A stretch of DNA of 33,342 nt. Origin: Myxococcota bacterium (lineage in GTDB: Bacteria; Myxococcota; SpSt-1050). The position numbers and the translations under genes are program-made. Below, piece by piece: positions 19,961 to 30,148 of the stretch; the stretch's first letter is position 1; each line of letters starts with the position of its first letter. The notes beneath the pieces are model-generated. The model saw nothing but the letters and a program-made list of their open reading frames with translations, searched no databases and was not told the origin of the DNA. The stretch is taken from positions 1 to 33,342 of the forward strand of contig JBMFOP010000025.1 of the NCBI GenBank assembly GCA_049969675.1. Direction: 5' to 3'.

Positions 19961-20646
19961 ATATTTCAACTATCATCATTATTCTTGTCGTCTCAATGAA
20001 TCAGCCTGAGGATGACCTCTTCAAAAAGGGTGTATATCTCTTTGAGCATCAGGACTTTAAACAGTCAGTAGTAATATTTAACAGAATCATAAATAATAAT
20101 CTTTCTAAAGATGAAAATGAGCTCATAGAATGTTACAAATATCTCGGTGCGGCGCATTTCTACCTTGAAGACCTTAAATCCTCTGAGGCAAATTTCAGAC
20201 AGCTCTTACTGTTAAAACCCGACTTCAGACTTGACCCATTTCTATTTCCTCCCTCAATGGTCCTATTCTTTGATAAGATCAAGAAGGATATGCCAAAAGG
20301 TGGTACTACAATAACAAATAAAAGCAGATTAGAGGGCGGAAAATATGAACTGTATATAAATTTTTTGCCGTTTGGTCTCCCACAATATGCGCACAATCAA
20401 AAAGTCAAGGGGAGTATTCTTCTCTCCCTTCAATTACTTTCACTCACAGCAAATATCATATCATACTGGCAGGTTCATTCAATGATTGATAGATATGGAT
20501 ATGTAAAGGACCGGACTGATGCAGATAGGGCAAATCTACTCAAGACCATTCAGATTACATCTCTTATTACATTTGGTGTGGTATATCTATTCTCGGTCTC
20601 AGATGGGACTTATTATACACTTTCTCAGGTGAGAGGAGGGGATTGA
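19957..20646 (+). CDS. TPR-containing exported/membrane protein
   Basis: N-terminal hydrophobic stretch; TPR-like helices (YKYLGAAHFYL); two C-terminal hydrophobic segments after LPFGLPQY; ATGA overlap with the kinase. Confidence 0.7.
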   Translation: MNISTIIIILVVSMNQPEDDLFKKGVYLFEHQDFKQSVVIFNRIINNNLSKDENELIECYKYLGAAHFYLEDLKSSEANFRQLLLLKPDFRLDPFLFPPSMVLFFDKIKKDMPKGGTTITNKSRLEGGKYELYINFLPFGLPQYAHNQKVKGSILLSLQLLSLTANIISYWQVHSMIDRYGYVKDRTDADRANLLKTIQITSLITFGVVYLFSVSDGTYYTLSQVRGGD

Positions 20647-20648
20647 TT

Positions 20649-22412
20649 ATGCCATTTATAACTGTCAGGAATAAGGTTACAGGGTACTCAAGGACATATG
20701 AATTGAAGAAGAGAATTACATCACTTGGCAGCTCTTCTGAGTGTGATATTCTCCTTGATGATAAGAAGATTCCAAAACATTTTGCAAATATCTTCTTTGA
20801 CGGTCACACATATACTCTTCAGGTTGCAAGTAGTGACCTTGAATTTTTATATGAAAACAAACCTGCAAGGAGAAAGAAGCTTTCGGAGAATGTCCCTGCG
20901 GAGATAGGGAACTTTTCAATCACATTTATAATTGAGAGGAGGAGACAGGAGACATCAGAACCCGACAGAGAAAAAAATATTTACAGAATATTATTTGAGA
21001 CATCCACACGACTGATGTCAGATTTCAAACTGGATATATTCCTTAATAATCTCACCGATGCCATCATCTCTCTGACAAAGGCGGAGAAAGGATTTATCAT
21101 AATATTCAAAGAGAATTCATTTGATATAATGGTGGCACGAAATCTTGAGGGTAAGAATATAGAGAATCCTCGTGAACTGATATCTGATTCAATAATTGAG
21201 AAGGTAATCAATACCAAAAAGGCATTAATCGTAAATGATGCTATGCACGACACCGAATTCAAGATGAGCGCCTCGGTAATAAATCTAAAACTCTGTTCAG
21301 TGATGTGTACGCCTCTAATATATCAGGGGAACATTTTAGGATTGATATATCTTGGAAATGACAATATCGCCAATCTCTTTGACCAGACCTCACTTGAGGT
21401 GCTCACGATATTTGCATCACAGGTTACTCTACTCTTGAAATCAGCACTACATATAGATAGGCTTGAAAAGGAGATGGATGTAAGAAATTTCAGCAGCATA
21501 ATTTATTCCAGTACTGCTATGACTGAGATTATGGAGAAGATGCACAGGGTAGCACAGACAGATGTAACGGTCTTACTTGAAGGGGAGACAGGTACCGGGA
21601 AAGAGATTCTCGCAAGAGAGATTCACAACAACTCCCCGAGAAAAAACAACCCCTTTGTAGCAATCAACTGTACAGCCATACCAAAGGACCTTCTGGAGAG
21701 TGAACTATTTGGACATATAAAGGGTGCATTTACCGGAGCCATCTCTACAAGAGAGGGCAAATTCCAGCTCGCCTCAGGCGGAACACTCTTTCTGGACGAA
21801 ATAGGTGATATGCCATTACCACTACAGGTTAAACTATTGAGAGCCATTCAGGAAAAGATAGTAACAAAGGTCGGTTCAAATTCTCCTGAAGAGGTAGATG
21901 TGAGGATTATCTGTGCTACAAATCAGAATCTGGAAGAGCTTGTCAAAGCAAAAAAATTTCGCCAGGACCTGTATTATAGGATAAATGTGGTTAGATTCTA
22001 TCTCCCACCTCTAAGAGACAGGGAAGAGGATAAAATGCTTATTGCAAAATATTATTTAAAAAAATTCAAGACGGATTATAACTCACCTGTTGAGGGTTTT
22101 TCCATCAGTGCCATAAAGGCTATCAATAATTATAACTGGCCCGGGAATATCAGGGAGATGGAGAATCGGATCAAGAAGGCAGTAATCCTTGCAAAACATC
22201 CGCTCATTGAGAAAGAGGACCTGGAGATACCAGAAGAGGATGAGACACCCATACTACCTTTGGCTCAGGCGAGGGAGGAGTTTCAGAGGAAATATATTCT
22301 ACAGGTATTAAGAAAGAATGGAGGGAATCGTACTAAAACTGCAAAGGATTTAGGTGTGGACCCAAGAACAATATTCAGGTATCTTGAAAATATTGACGAC
22401 GAGACGATATGA
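20649..22412 (+). CDS. Sigma54-dependent enhancer-binding protein (FHA-like, GAF, AAA+, Fis-type HTH)
   Basis: [56 protein letters not shown]...GLIY; GGAGG upstream of ATG 20649. Confidence 0.95.
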   Translation: MPFITVRNKVTGYSRTYELKKRITSLGSSSECDILLDDKKIPKHFANIFFDGHTYTLQVASSDLEFLYENKPARRKKLSENVPAEIGNFSITFIIERRRQETSEPDREKNIYRILFETSTRLMSDFKLDIFLNNLTDAIISLTKAEKGFIIIFKENSFDIMVARNLEGKNIENPRELISDSIIEKVINTKKALIVNDAMHDTEFKMSASVINLKLCSVMCTPLIYQGNILGLIYLGNDNIANLFDQTSLEVLTIFASQVTLLLKSALHIDRLEKEMDVRNFSSIIYSSTAMTEIMEKMHRVAQTDVTVLLEGETGTGKEILAREIHNNSPRKNNPFVAINCTAIPKDLLESELFGHIKGAFTGAISTREGKFQLASGGTLFLDEIGDMPLPLQVKLLRAIQEKIVTKVGSNSPEEVDVRIICATNQNLEELVKAKKFRQDLYYRINVVRFYLPPLRDREEDKMLIAKYYLKKFKTDYNSPVEGFSISAIKAINNYNWPGNIREMENRIKKAVILAKHPLIEKEDLEIPEEDETPILPLAQAREEFQRKYILQVLRKNGGNRTKTAKDLGVDPRTIFRYLENIDDETI

Positions 22413-22981
22413 CGAAATTGCCCCAAATCACAAAGCCCAAAACTCTGATATATAGACTTTTGAGAATTGTTCACCTAAACTATACTATTGCTATGGTGAC
22501 ATCTTTAACACTATTAATTCAATGTACAGATATGCCAGACATCAGGGTTCTGGAGATGGACAATCGTCCCCCCATCATAAATAAATCCACAATCACCCCG
22601 GGTGGTCCAATTATAAAGATTGATTCCTCCTGCAAAAGAGAATTCTCCTTTGCGGAGGTCACAGAGTTTGATACCGAAGACCTGTTATATGTCAGATGGT
22701 ATGTTGATTATGAAAATATAAAGAACTATCAGAAGAGCTCTGTAATTCCTGCAAACGACAGGAAGAGCATTACCAGAAGTGGAGATAGCTTTATCCTTGA
22801 TTTGAAAAATTCCATTCTCCCCAATAAGACGAGGGGTTCAATACATACTGTTGAAGTTATTCTGTCTGATAGACCCTTCTTACTTGATTCAACAGAGCCA
22901 CCTCAATTTAAGGCTATAGAAAAAGGTGGCAATTACGACTATATCTCGTGGACGGTGATACAGCTTGAGGACTGTTATTAA
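22409..22981 (+). CDS. Putative exported protein/lipoprotein
   Basis: Hydrophobic stretch ending LLIQC; NRPP motif; beta-rich; additional Cys pair; ATGA overlap with the activator. Confidence 0.65.
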   Translation: MTKLPQITKPKTLIYRLLRIVHLNYTIAMVTSLTLLIQCTDMPDIRVLEMDNRPPIINKSTITPGGPIIKIDSSCKREFSFAEVTEFDTEDLLYVRWYVDYENIKNYQKSSVIPANDRKSITRSGDSFILDLKNSILPNKTRGSIHTVEVILSDRPFLLDSTEPPQFKAIEKGGNYDYISWTVIQLEDCY

Positions 22982-24482
22982 AATTTCCTGCGATTTAATT
23001 TTTATCGCATTGCTTTTCTGCTCGTGCAATGAGAGTGGTGGCACCATATCAACAGATAAAGGTGGTTGTTTTATAATAGGTGGTTGTGAGAATACAGATT
23101 TTGACCTTGATAGACTATTTATAAGGACATCATATTCACTAAATGGCGGCTTTACAATCTATAAAAGTTCTATATTTGAGAGGGATGAAATAAAAGGTGG
23201 AATCATAATATCAACTGATGAGACTTATTCTGTCTGTGGCTCTGTGAAATATGAAGAATCACCTGTGCTTGCCAATCTGACTTTTATTCGGAGACCAGAT
23301 CAACCCTTAATCCCAGCAACTATGGCGGATACCGATGAGTTTGGTAATTTTTGTGCCGCACTGAATAAAGGCGAATATACAATTCTTGTCTCACCATACA
23401 AACATGAGGCGATACCTCAATTAAAGATAGATATCACCGTTGATGCGGACATCTCAAATTTCAATATCATTTATCCCTCTGCCGATAATGTAAGATATAT
23501 TTATGGTAATGTCATTCTGGACACCACAAGTAATCTCCCTGTTGAAGGGATAAATGTACTCGCCTATAAAAAGTATGAGGATGGGGTAACCCTCCAATCA
23601 AATGTCTCAACGACAGATTCAGATGGCAACTTCTCACTGGTGATTCCTAACCTATACGGAGCTTATTCCCTTATGATTTATGGTTCTCCAAAAAATCCCG
23701 ACTGGCCCATAATCAGATTTCCAGATATAATTACCGAGGGGATTATTCAGATAGGGAGTATAAATCTTGGATTTGTCCCCCATCTGACACACATCTCAGG
23801 GATAAGCAGTACACAGGAGAAGATACAAATTATAGCGACAATGGATTCAGATGAATTTAGTTATTCTAAGAATTTCAATACTGATGAAGATGGATATTTT
23901 GAGACAGACCTGAGGGAAGGAAGATATAATTTTCTTATGGTCCCTTCAGATATTTACTCCAGCAAATGGAGCATTACAGCACATTCAAATATCTCAGTTC
24001 CATCTCAGAGTAGTTACAAATTGTCTTTAGAAAAAAAGGTGAACCTTATGGGGAGGCTCATTTTTGATGACAAAAGTAGTACACCCAGAATAAAAATTAT
24101 TAGAGATGGAGGCTGTGAAGGAAATTCCTCAGACAATATAAATTTTGAAATCTCAATTATCCCGGATAGTAACGGTTATTTTAATATTGATGTCTCAAAG
24201 GGGAGATATAGAATTCAGATTATTACAGAGGATATTAAGAGCGCAAATATGATATCAAATTCATTCTGTATAAATGACAATATCAATCTTAATGAGTTCT
24301 CACAACCACTCTCCTGTACACTTAAAGGGGAGATAAAGAACGATACATCAACCAAACTTTCAAATATCAGGACTGAGCTCTTCCTGTTTGATAAAAAGAG
24401 AGTGGAATATGTTAAGATTGCAGAGAGTTCATCAGAATCAAAACAATTTACACTAAAAATTCCAGCCTACTTCTGCCAGTAA
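22965..24482 (+). CDS. Putative lipoprotein with tandem carboxypeptidase-regulatory-like (prealbumin-fold) repeats
   Basis: Signal ending LLFCSC; repeated TDEFGNF, TDSDGNF, TDEDGYF and PDSNGYF turns; 505 aa. Confidence 0.65.
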   Translation: MRTVIKISCDLIFIALLFCSCNESGGTISTDKGGCFIIGGCENTDFDLDRLFIRTSYSLNGGFTIYKSSIFERDEIKGGIIISTDETYSVCGSVKYEESPVLANLTFIRRPDQPLIPATMADTDEFGNFCAALNKGEYTILVSPYKHEAIPQLKIDITVDADISNFNIIYPSADNVRYIYGNVILDTTSNLPVEGINVLAYKKYEDGVTLQSNVSTTDSDGNFSLVIPNLYGAYSLMIYGSPKNPDWPIIRFPDIITEGIIQIGSINLGFVPHLTHISGISSTQEKIQIIATMDSDEFSYSKNFNTDEDGYFETDLREGRYNFLMVPSDIYSSKWSITAHSNISVPSQSSYKLSLEKKVNLMGRLIFDDKSSTPRIKIIRDGGCEGNSSDNINFEISIIPDSNGYFNIDVSKGRYRIQIITEDIKSANMISNSFCINDNINLNEFSQPLSCTLKGEIKNDTSTKLSNIRTELFLFDKKRVEYVKIAESSSESKQFTLKIPAYFCQ

Positions 24483-24499
24483 AATTTACAGGGAATCCC

Positions 24500-25549
24500 T
24501 TAAACAAAAAGCAGAATAATAAATACTATTACTAAAAGGGTAAATCCAATAGGGATACCTATTCTTGCCCATTCGCGAGATTTTATCCTCAATTTGCTGG
24601 CACAGATTATATTCGGGATATTTCCGGGTATCAACATAACTCCGGATAATAAAAGTCCTAAAAGCAGGTCCCTGACCTGAGCCTCTGACATAGAGGTACT
24701 TATTTCTGCGGCGGTGAGTGTGGCATTATCCACTACAGCAGAAATCATATTTACCCAATATAGTATAAGTGGTGAGAGTTTGAGGACATAATTATCTATT
24801 ATTGGCTTAAATCCATACCCTAAAAATACCAGAGCCATTACAAAGAGATATACCTTGAATGTCCTGAATAAAATCTCTTTTACCGATTCCACCTTTCTCT
24901 CCTCTTCCTCAGGCTCCGATAGAGTATCTTCAGCCTTGTGCCCTCTATAAAATCCCGCTGCCAGCCCACATAGCAATACTATTGGAATGATAAAAGGTCC
25001 CAGAAGCCTTATGAGGTAAAAGAAATCTGCCTGTGGCCATGTCTTGAGTTTACTTATGGTGATAGTAGATAATGGTTCTCCAATGGGGGTAAGTGCAGCA
25101 CCAACACCGATTGCCAGACAGGCTACAACCACATAAAACAACTCGTGTTTTCTATCCATCCTGAGTACATTAATAATCTCCACCAGAACCAGTGAGGCAA
25201 TTATTGCTGTTATGACACTTGAGAGCAGTCCCAGAATTACTACAACAAGAAAAATGAACAGTCCAAAGGGGATTCTCTTTAATGAAAAGAAGACAAGGTC
25301 TTTGAGATACCTGTGTGTATATTTAAATACAAATCCCGCTATCAAGACTGCAAGCGAAATCTTTATCGGTTCATTGAGACCCTCCTTGATTATATCAATA
25401 TGCAGACTCCTGGTAACTATGAGGGACAGAATCCCCATAAGGAATAGAAATATCTCCAGATTCTCCTCCACCTTATGAAAGATGAATGGGAGAAATAAAA
25501 CCAGCAGAAGTATAATAGTTAGAGAAACTATAACAAAACTACTTACCAT
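24500..25549 (-). CDS. DUF1646-family polytopic membrane protein (putative ion transporter)
   Basis: About 10 hydrophobic helices; GAALTPIGEPLSTI, DNATLTAAEI, MLIPGNIPNII motifs. Confidence 0.8.
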   Translation of the reverse strand: MVSSFVIVSLTIILLLVLFLPFIFHKVEENLEIFLFLMGILSLIVTRSLHIDIIKEGLNEPIKISLAVLIAGFVFKYTHRYLKDLVFFSLKRIPFGLFIFLVVVILGLLSSVITAIIASLVLVEIINVLRMDRKHELFYVVVACLAIGVGAALTPIGEPLSTITISKLKTWPQADFFYLIRLLGPFIIPIVLLCGLAAGFYRGHKAEDTLSEPEEEERKVESVKEILFRTFKVYLFVMALVFLGYGFKPIIDNYVLKLSPLILYWVNMISAVVDNATLTAAEISTSMSEAQVRDLLLGLLLSGVMLIPGNIPNIICASKLRIKSREWARIGIPIGFTLLVIVFIILLFV

Positions 25550-25551
25550 AT

Positions 25552-26253
25552 TTACTCCTCTTTAATAGTAAAGTGAAATCTCCCACCTAAAATAATTGTA
25601 AATACTGTTGTGGACGGAGTTTTCTGCATATCGTGAGTAATATCCTTATCCCAATCGTAGTAAAATTTTGAATATGAGGGGAAATAGAGATTCAGATCCA
25701 GAAATACCGAAAACCACCTCTTTATATAAACATCTGTCCCGAGCCCGGTCTCAAAGAAGCCGCCAGATATTGCCTTTGACTGTTTATCTATAAATCCCCA
25801 CTCCTCTACATTCATACCGAGCATTGAATAGCCGCCACCCAGAAAGACATATGGGTCAACAAAGTAGTTCATCTTCCAGTGATTAATAGGATGATACTTT
25901 GCAACTCCAGATATAAAGCCCCCGCCCTTTCTCTCTCCTTTGGTCCATATATCAGAGCCGGTAAAATTTAATTTTAACTCTATTGAGGCATAATTCATTA
26001 TATTATATCCCATATTAAAATCTACGGCAAACATCCCGCCCAGATCTGTTGAGACTATATCGGTGGTTGCCTCTCTGCTACTATTCCCGCTAATAATTGT
26101 AACAGGGGATCCATTTTTATAGATAGTCTCTTTAGGCATCTGTTCCCCAAAGAATATATCGCTCCCCAATCCGAGCGAGAGGTAAAATCCCTCCTCGGCA
26201 AATAGTGATTGAGATAAAAAGATAAATAGGGTAAAAAGAATTACTCTCTTCAT
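25552..26253 (-). CDS. Outer-membrane beta-barrel protein
   Basis: Signal peptide (SLFA/EE); amphipathic strands (DPYVFLGGGY, GLGTDVY, GGRFHF); GAGGTG upstream of ATG 26253. Confidence 0.75.
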   Translation of the reverse strand: MKRVILFTLFIFLSQSLFAEEGFYLSLGLGSDIFFGEQMPKETIYKNGSPVTIISGNSSREATTDIVSTDLGGMFAVDFNMGYNIMNYASIELKLNFTGSDIWTKGERKGGGFISGVAKYHPINHWKMNYFVDPYVFLGGGYSMLGMNVEEWGFIDKQSKAISGGFFETGLGTDVYIKRWFSVFLDLNLYFPSYSKFYYDWDKDITHDMQKTPSTTVFTIILGGRFHFTIKEE

Positions 26254-26414
26254 ATCTCTCACCTCACAAAGATTTTTATCATCCAGCCCTCATCTCAGGT
26301 AATCAGCATACCTGCTCAAAGTTGCTTCTGGAGAATATAATATGGGAATAGGGGTTACCGCAAGGAAATTTGACATCAATTTTAATCAGCAAACCAATCT
26401 TTTCAGCAATGATT

Positions 26415-26455
26415 AAAAAAATCGCCCGCAGCCCTCAAATTCAGGATACGGGCGA
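26415..26455 (-). terminator. Intrinsic terminator of the MFS gene
   Basis: TCGCCCG...CGGGCGA stem followed by T7 on the minus strand. Confidence 0.75.
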
Positions 26456-26478
26456 GTATCTCAAATGATAATTTTAGA

Positions 26479-27822
26479 TTAATTTGTCTTCTCTTCTACC
26501 TTTGGTGCCTTCAGAATAATAATCAGAATGGCAGATACTATACATAAAATGCCAGAGATGACAAATGCAGTCATATAGTTTCCAGCATCGTAGGTCTTCT
26601 GAACAATCGCGCCCCCTTTATCTAATGCCTCATAAGGGACCTTCTGAACGATACTCATTAACTTTGGGGCAAGCCACGGACCGAATAGACCACCCGCACC
26701 GTATGCCGAAAACATCCAGCCATAATTTGCTCCAACATTCTTTGTCCCGAAGAAATCGGCTGTGACCGCTGGATAGAGAGCCAGAAATCCACCAAAACAG
26801 AAACCAATTGAAGCCACACCGAATAGATAAAGCGGATATGATTTCAGGAATTGCATAGCGAGCATAATAAGACCTGCATAGAGAAACATAATCGTAAGTG
26901 TGGGCTTTCTCCCGATGTTATCCGAAATCTTTCCCCACGCAATTCTACCTATCGCATTCAGGATTGATACAATAATGACCGCAGATGCGCCCTTTGAAAT
27001 AATATCTGTATAAGTATCCTTAGGAATCGGTGAGCCATTAAAGAGCCCGAGTAGAGAGAAGGACTGCCAGACATTTGTTGCATTCATTATTATCATAAGA
27101 CCGGCCGTACAACCTGCAAAATAAGTTAACCACAATAGCCAGAACTGAGATGTTTTGAGCATCTCCTGCCAGGTGAAATCAACTTTCTGAACTGCACCCG
27201 ATGCTGTTGATGAAGGTACCGGGGGATTCCATCCCTCGGGCTTAAAACCGGGAGGCGGGTTTATCATAAACTGTGCACCAATGACAACCGCAATCAAAAA
27301 GATTATTCCGAGGTAGAGAAATGTCATCATTATCCCCTGAGAGGCTATTAAAGATTTTGCAACTGGGGTAAATACAAGTGCGCCCGCGCCAAATCCAGCC
27401 ACAGCAAGTCCGGTGATAAGACCTCTCATATCTGGGAACCACTTTACACAGGTTGCGATAGGGCAGACATATGCTGCGCCAATCCCGATGCCGCCGATGA
27501 TTGAGAAACCGAGAACAAAGAGAAATAGATTATTGGCAAAGGATGCAATTATCAATCCAACGCCGAGAAAGATTCCACCCAATGTAGCAATCTTCCTTGG
27601 ACCAAGTTTATCCTGAATCCTCCCAAATATAATCATACTCAGTGCAAAGAAGGCAAGCACAAGTTGTGATGGAAGGGCGAGGTCTGTTGCCGACCAATCA
27701 GGGAATTTATCTTTAAGCGCTGGCTTAAAAACCGAGTAAATATAAATCGCTCCAAGTGAAATCTGAATTAGCAGAGCACCAACTACCACAAGCCATCTAT
27801 TAAACTTTTTCTCTTCTGTCAT
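26479..27822 (-). CDS. OFA-family MFS transporter (oxalate/formate or monocarboxylate type)
   Basis: GRIQDKLGPR, KWFPDMRGLITGLAVAGFGAG, WGKISDNIGR, DFFGTKNVGANYG; 12-TM pattern. Confidence 0.92.
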   Translation of the reverse strand: MTEEKKFNRWLVVVGALLIQISLGAIYIYSVFKPALKDKFPDWSATDLALPSQLVLAFFALSMIIFGRIQDKLGPRKIATLGGIFLGVGLIIASFANNLFLFVLGFSIIGGIGIGAAYVCPIATCVKWFPDMRGLITGLAVAGFGAGALVFTPVAKSLIASQGIMMTFLYLGIIFLIAVVIGAQFMINPPPGFKPEGWNPPVPSSTASGAVQKVDFTWQEMLKTSQFWLLWLTYFAGCTAGLMIIMNATNVWQSFSLLGLFNGSPIPKDTYTDIISKGASAVIIVSILNAIGRIAWGKISDNIGRKPTLTIMFLYAGLIMLAMQFLKSYPLYLFGVASIGFCFGGFLALYPAVTADFFGTKNVGANYGWMFSAYGAGGLFGPWLAPKLMSIVQKVPYEALDKGGAIVQKTYDAGNYMTAFVISGILCIVSAILIIILKAPKVEEKTN

Positions 27823-27961
27823 AAAAATCCTCCTCGTTACTAAGTCAAAAAATGAATAAAATTACCCCTATCTCTTAAATAAGGGGATGTAAAGAAACCC
27901 GATAGCCGATACTGGATATAATTGATTTATAAGATTGTCCACAATTTTATTGATAGAAGAA

Positions 27962-28528
27962 TTATCTTGTAATTCTAAAACTTGCAATCAGTGGGAAGAT
28001 ATCTTTTGCCTCAATCTTTAGGACCACGGTAGATACTATCTTCCCGCTCTCTCTATCCACTATCTCTCCCAACATAGTGCTAAATGACTTGACCGGTTGA
28101 AAGATTGAAAGGTCATTGTGACCATTAAAATAGTACTCTTTGCCGTTCTTATCAGAGAAGTAGAATTCATAGATAAATTGCTTTTTTGAAATAAAATCAT
28201 ATTCTACATTTCCTTTCAATTCTGCATTCTCAACCAGGTCAGTCGCCGTAATTGTCCCGTTTATTTCCATCCTCAAAAATTCACCGCTATCTCTCTTAAT
28301 AAAACTCAAGATATTATTGCTTGCGCAATTTAGAGTAAGAGTTACTGGCTGGTCCCCTCTATCTTCTTTCCCGCTAATCATCCTGTGCGTCCCGCCCATA
28401 GTCATACTGAATCTGATTCCTTTCGGGATATAAAACTCGGCAATAGCCTTTATCTGCTCCTTATTGAGCGATTTGATAAAGTCAACATTAACAAAGTTCT
28501 TAAGATTCTTTAAGGTCTCCATGTTCAT
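27962..28528 (-). CDS. Hypothetical beta-rich protein
   Basis: Open frame with AGGAGG 6 nt upstream of ATG 28528. Confidence 0.7.
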   Translation of the reverse strand: MNMETLKNLKNFVNVDFIKSLNKEQIKAIAEFYIPKGIRFSMTMGGTHRMISGKEDRGDQPVTLTLNCASNNILSFIKRDSGEFLRMEINGTITATDLVENAELKGNVEYDFISKKQFIYEFYFSDKNGKEYYFNGHNDLSIFQPVKSFSTMLGEIVDRESGKIVSTVVLKIEAKDIFPLIASFRITR

Positions 28529-28704
28529 CAAAAGCCTCCTTAACAGGTTGTTGAGTGCAGATATCACAGATGACGCAGTGTGTCAAGAACTTTTTAAACC
28601 GCGCCTGTTATCAAAAATTTTAGACCCCTATTTAACTTTTTTAAAATATAGATTTACAAAGCCTATAAAATACAATATTGATTATCAAATTCTCTGGAGG
28701 AGTT

Positions 28705-29865
28705 ATGAGATATATTCTCTACACCTGTTTCTTCTTATCCGGTATGGCTGGACTCATCTATCAGGTTGTCTGGTCCAAATACTTTAATCTATTTCTGGGT
28801 GCCACATCTTATTCAACGGCGATCCTGCTTTCAACATTTATGGGTGGACTTGCCCTCGGCAATCATATCTTTGGGAAGTTTGTAGATAAGAATAGGAACC
28901 CGCTCAGATTATATTCTTACCTTGAGTTTGGAATTGGTATAGCCTGTGCATTCTTCCCTCTCTACTTTGACGGGCTATTTAATCTATACTTTTTGCTTGC
29001 AAATGGCTCAATCCCGAATACACCCGGCAATATTATTCTGAAAATTATATTCAGCATATTTACTATCCTGCTCCCCACAACTCTGATGGGCTGGACTTTA
29101 CCGGTAATGAGTAAATTCATTATCAGACAGATTCAGGATGTGGGGGCGAAGGTAGGGCTCCTATATTTCTTAAATACCGTTGGGGCTATACTCGGGACAT
29201 TGATAGGGGGCTACTTTATAATTCATACACTCGGGCTTGACTTTTCTGTGCAATTATTCTCATCTGTCAATCTATTAATCGGTATTGTAACTTATTATCT
29301 CAGCAAGAATGTCAGAGAGGATTTTACACTCTCAGATAAAGACAACAACTTTAGTAATCAGAATGATAACTCAGATATAAGATATACAGATTTGCAGATA
29401 AAGATTGTCCTGATAATGATCTCCCTCAGCGGCTTTGTCTCAATGCTATATGAGGTGGTCTGGACAAGGATGCTCTCACTGATAATAGGCTCAGCAGTTC
29501 AATCCTTTGCAATAATGCTCTTTACTTTTATTACAGGTATTGCAATCGGTTCTTATTTTATACATAAAATGCTGGGGAAGAGAATTAACCATCTATTATG
29601 GTTTGCGGTAATAGAGTTTTTAATTGCTATAACAATAGTAGCAGTATTACCACTCTATATGAGACTCCCCTATTACTTTAATATCATTGGAGGTGGAATT
29701 CCAAAGGCAGATTCAATGTTTGTATTTTATGAAATTTCAAAGATTATTATTTGCTTTATAGCAATGTTCTTACCAACATTCTTCATCGGGATGACACTGC
29801 CACTTGCAAGCCACATCAATACAAAGAGTATTACAAGGCTCGGTATCGGGATAGGGGATGACTAA
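28705..29865 (+). pseudogene. Truncated fused MFS/spermidine-synthase-like membrane protein (membrane part only)
   Basis: FFLSGMAGLIYQVVW, FMGGLALG, LYFLNTVGAILG, SGFVSMLYEVVWTR, PTFFIGMTLP; stops at 386 aa mid-repeat with no methyltransferase-fold domain. Confidence 0.75.
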
Positions 29866-30075
29866 TTGACATTATAAAGAAGAATGACATTTCCCATATC
29901 AAAGATATAGAGGTCCAGTCAATTATAAAGGCATTGAGAAACAGTCCATAGTCTATAGAAGATTTTTATCATTTTGTTTATTGTCAATAGTTCATTATAT
30001 ATTTTGTGAAAACTTTGTTGGTCAAATAATCTACAATTTTTGGATATAAAGACTCACTACAACCCCCAAATCCCC

Positions 30076-30139
30076 CCATCCAGAATCCTTATTTTACAAA
30101 CAGTTAAATTCTCAAATCAGATTATTCTGGGCAGCAGTG
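30076..30139 (+). repeat. 64-bp repeat, copy 2 (IS4-like terminal remnant)
   Basis: Inverted copy of 17773-17836; ends TTATTCTGGGCAGCAGTG. Confidence 0.85.
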
Positions 30140-30148
30140 ATTTAAAAC

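Noticed and set aside
26285..26330. SAM-I riboswitch (GCAAC and AGATGA sub-motifs)
   Set aside because: Too short; lacks the ATC-AGAG 5' strand and the kink-turn P2 arm.
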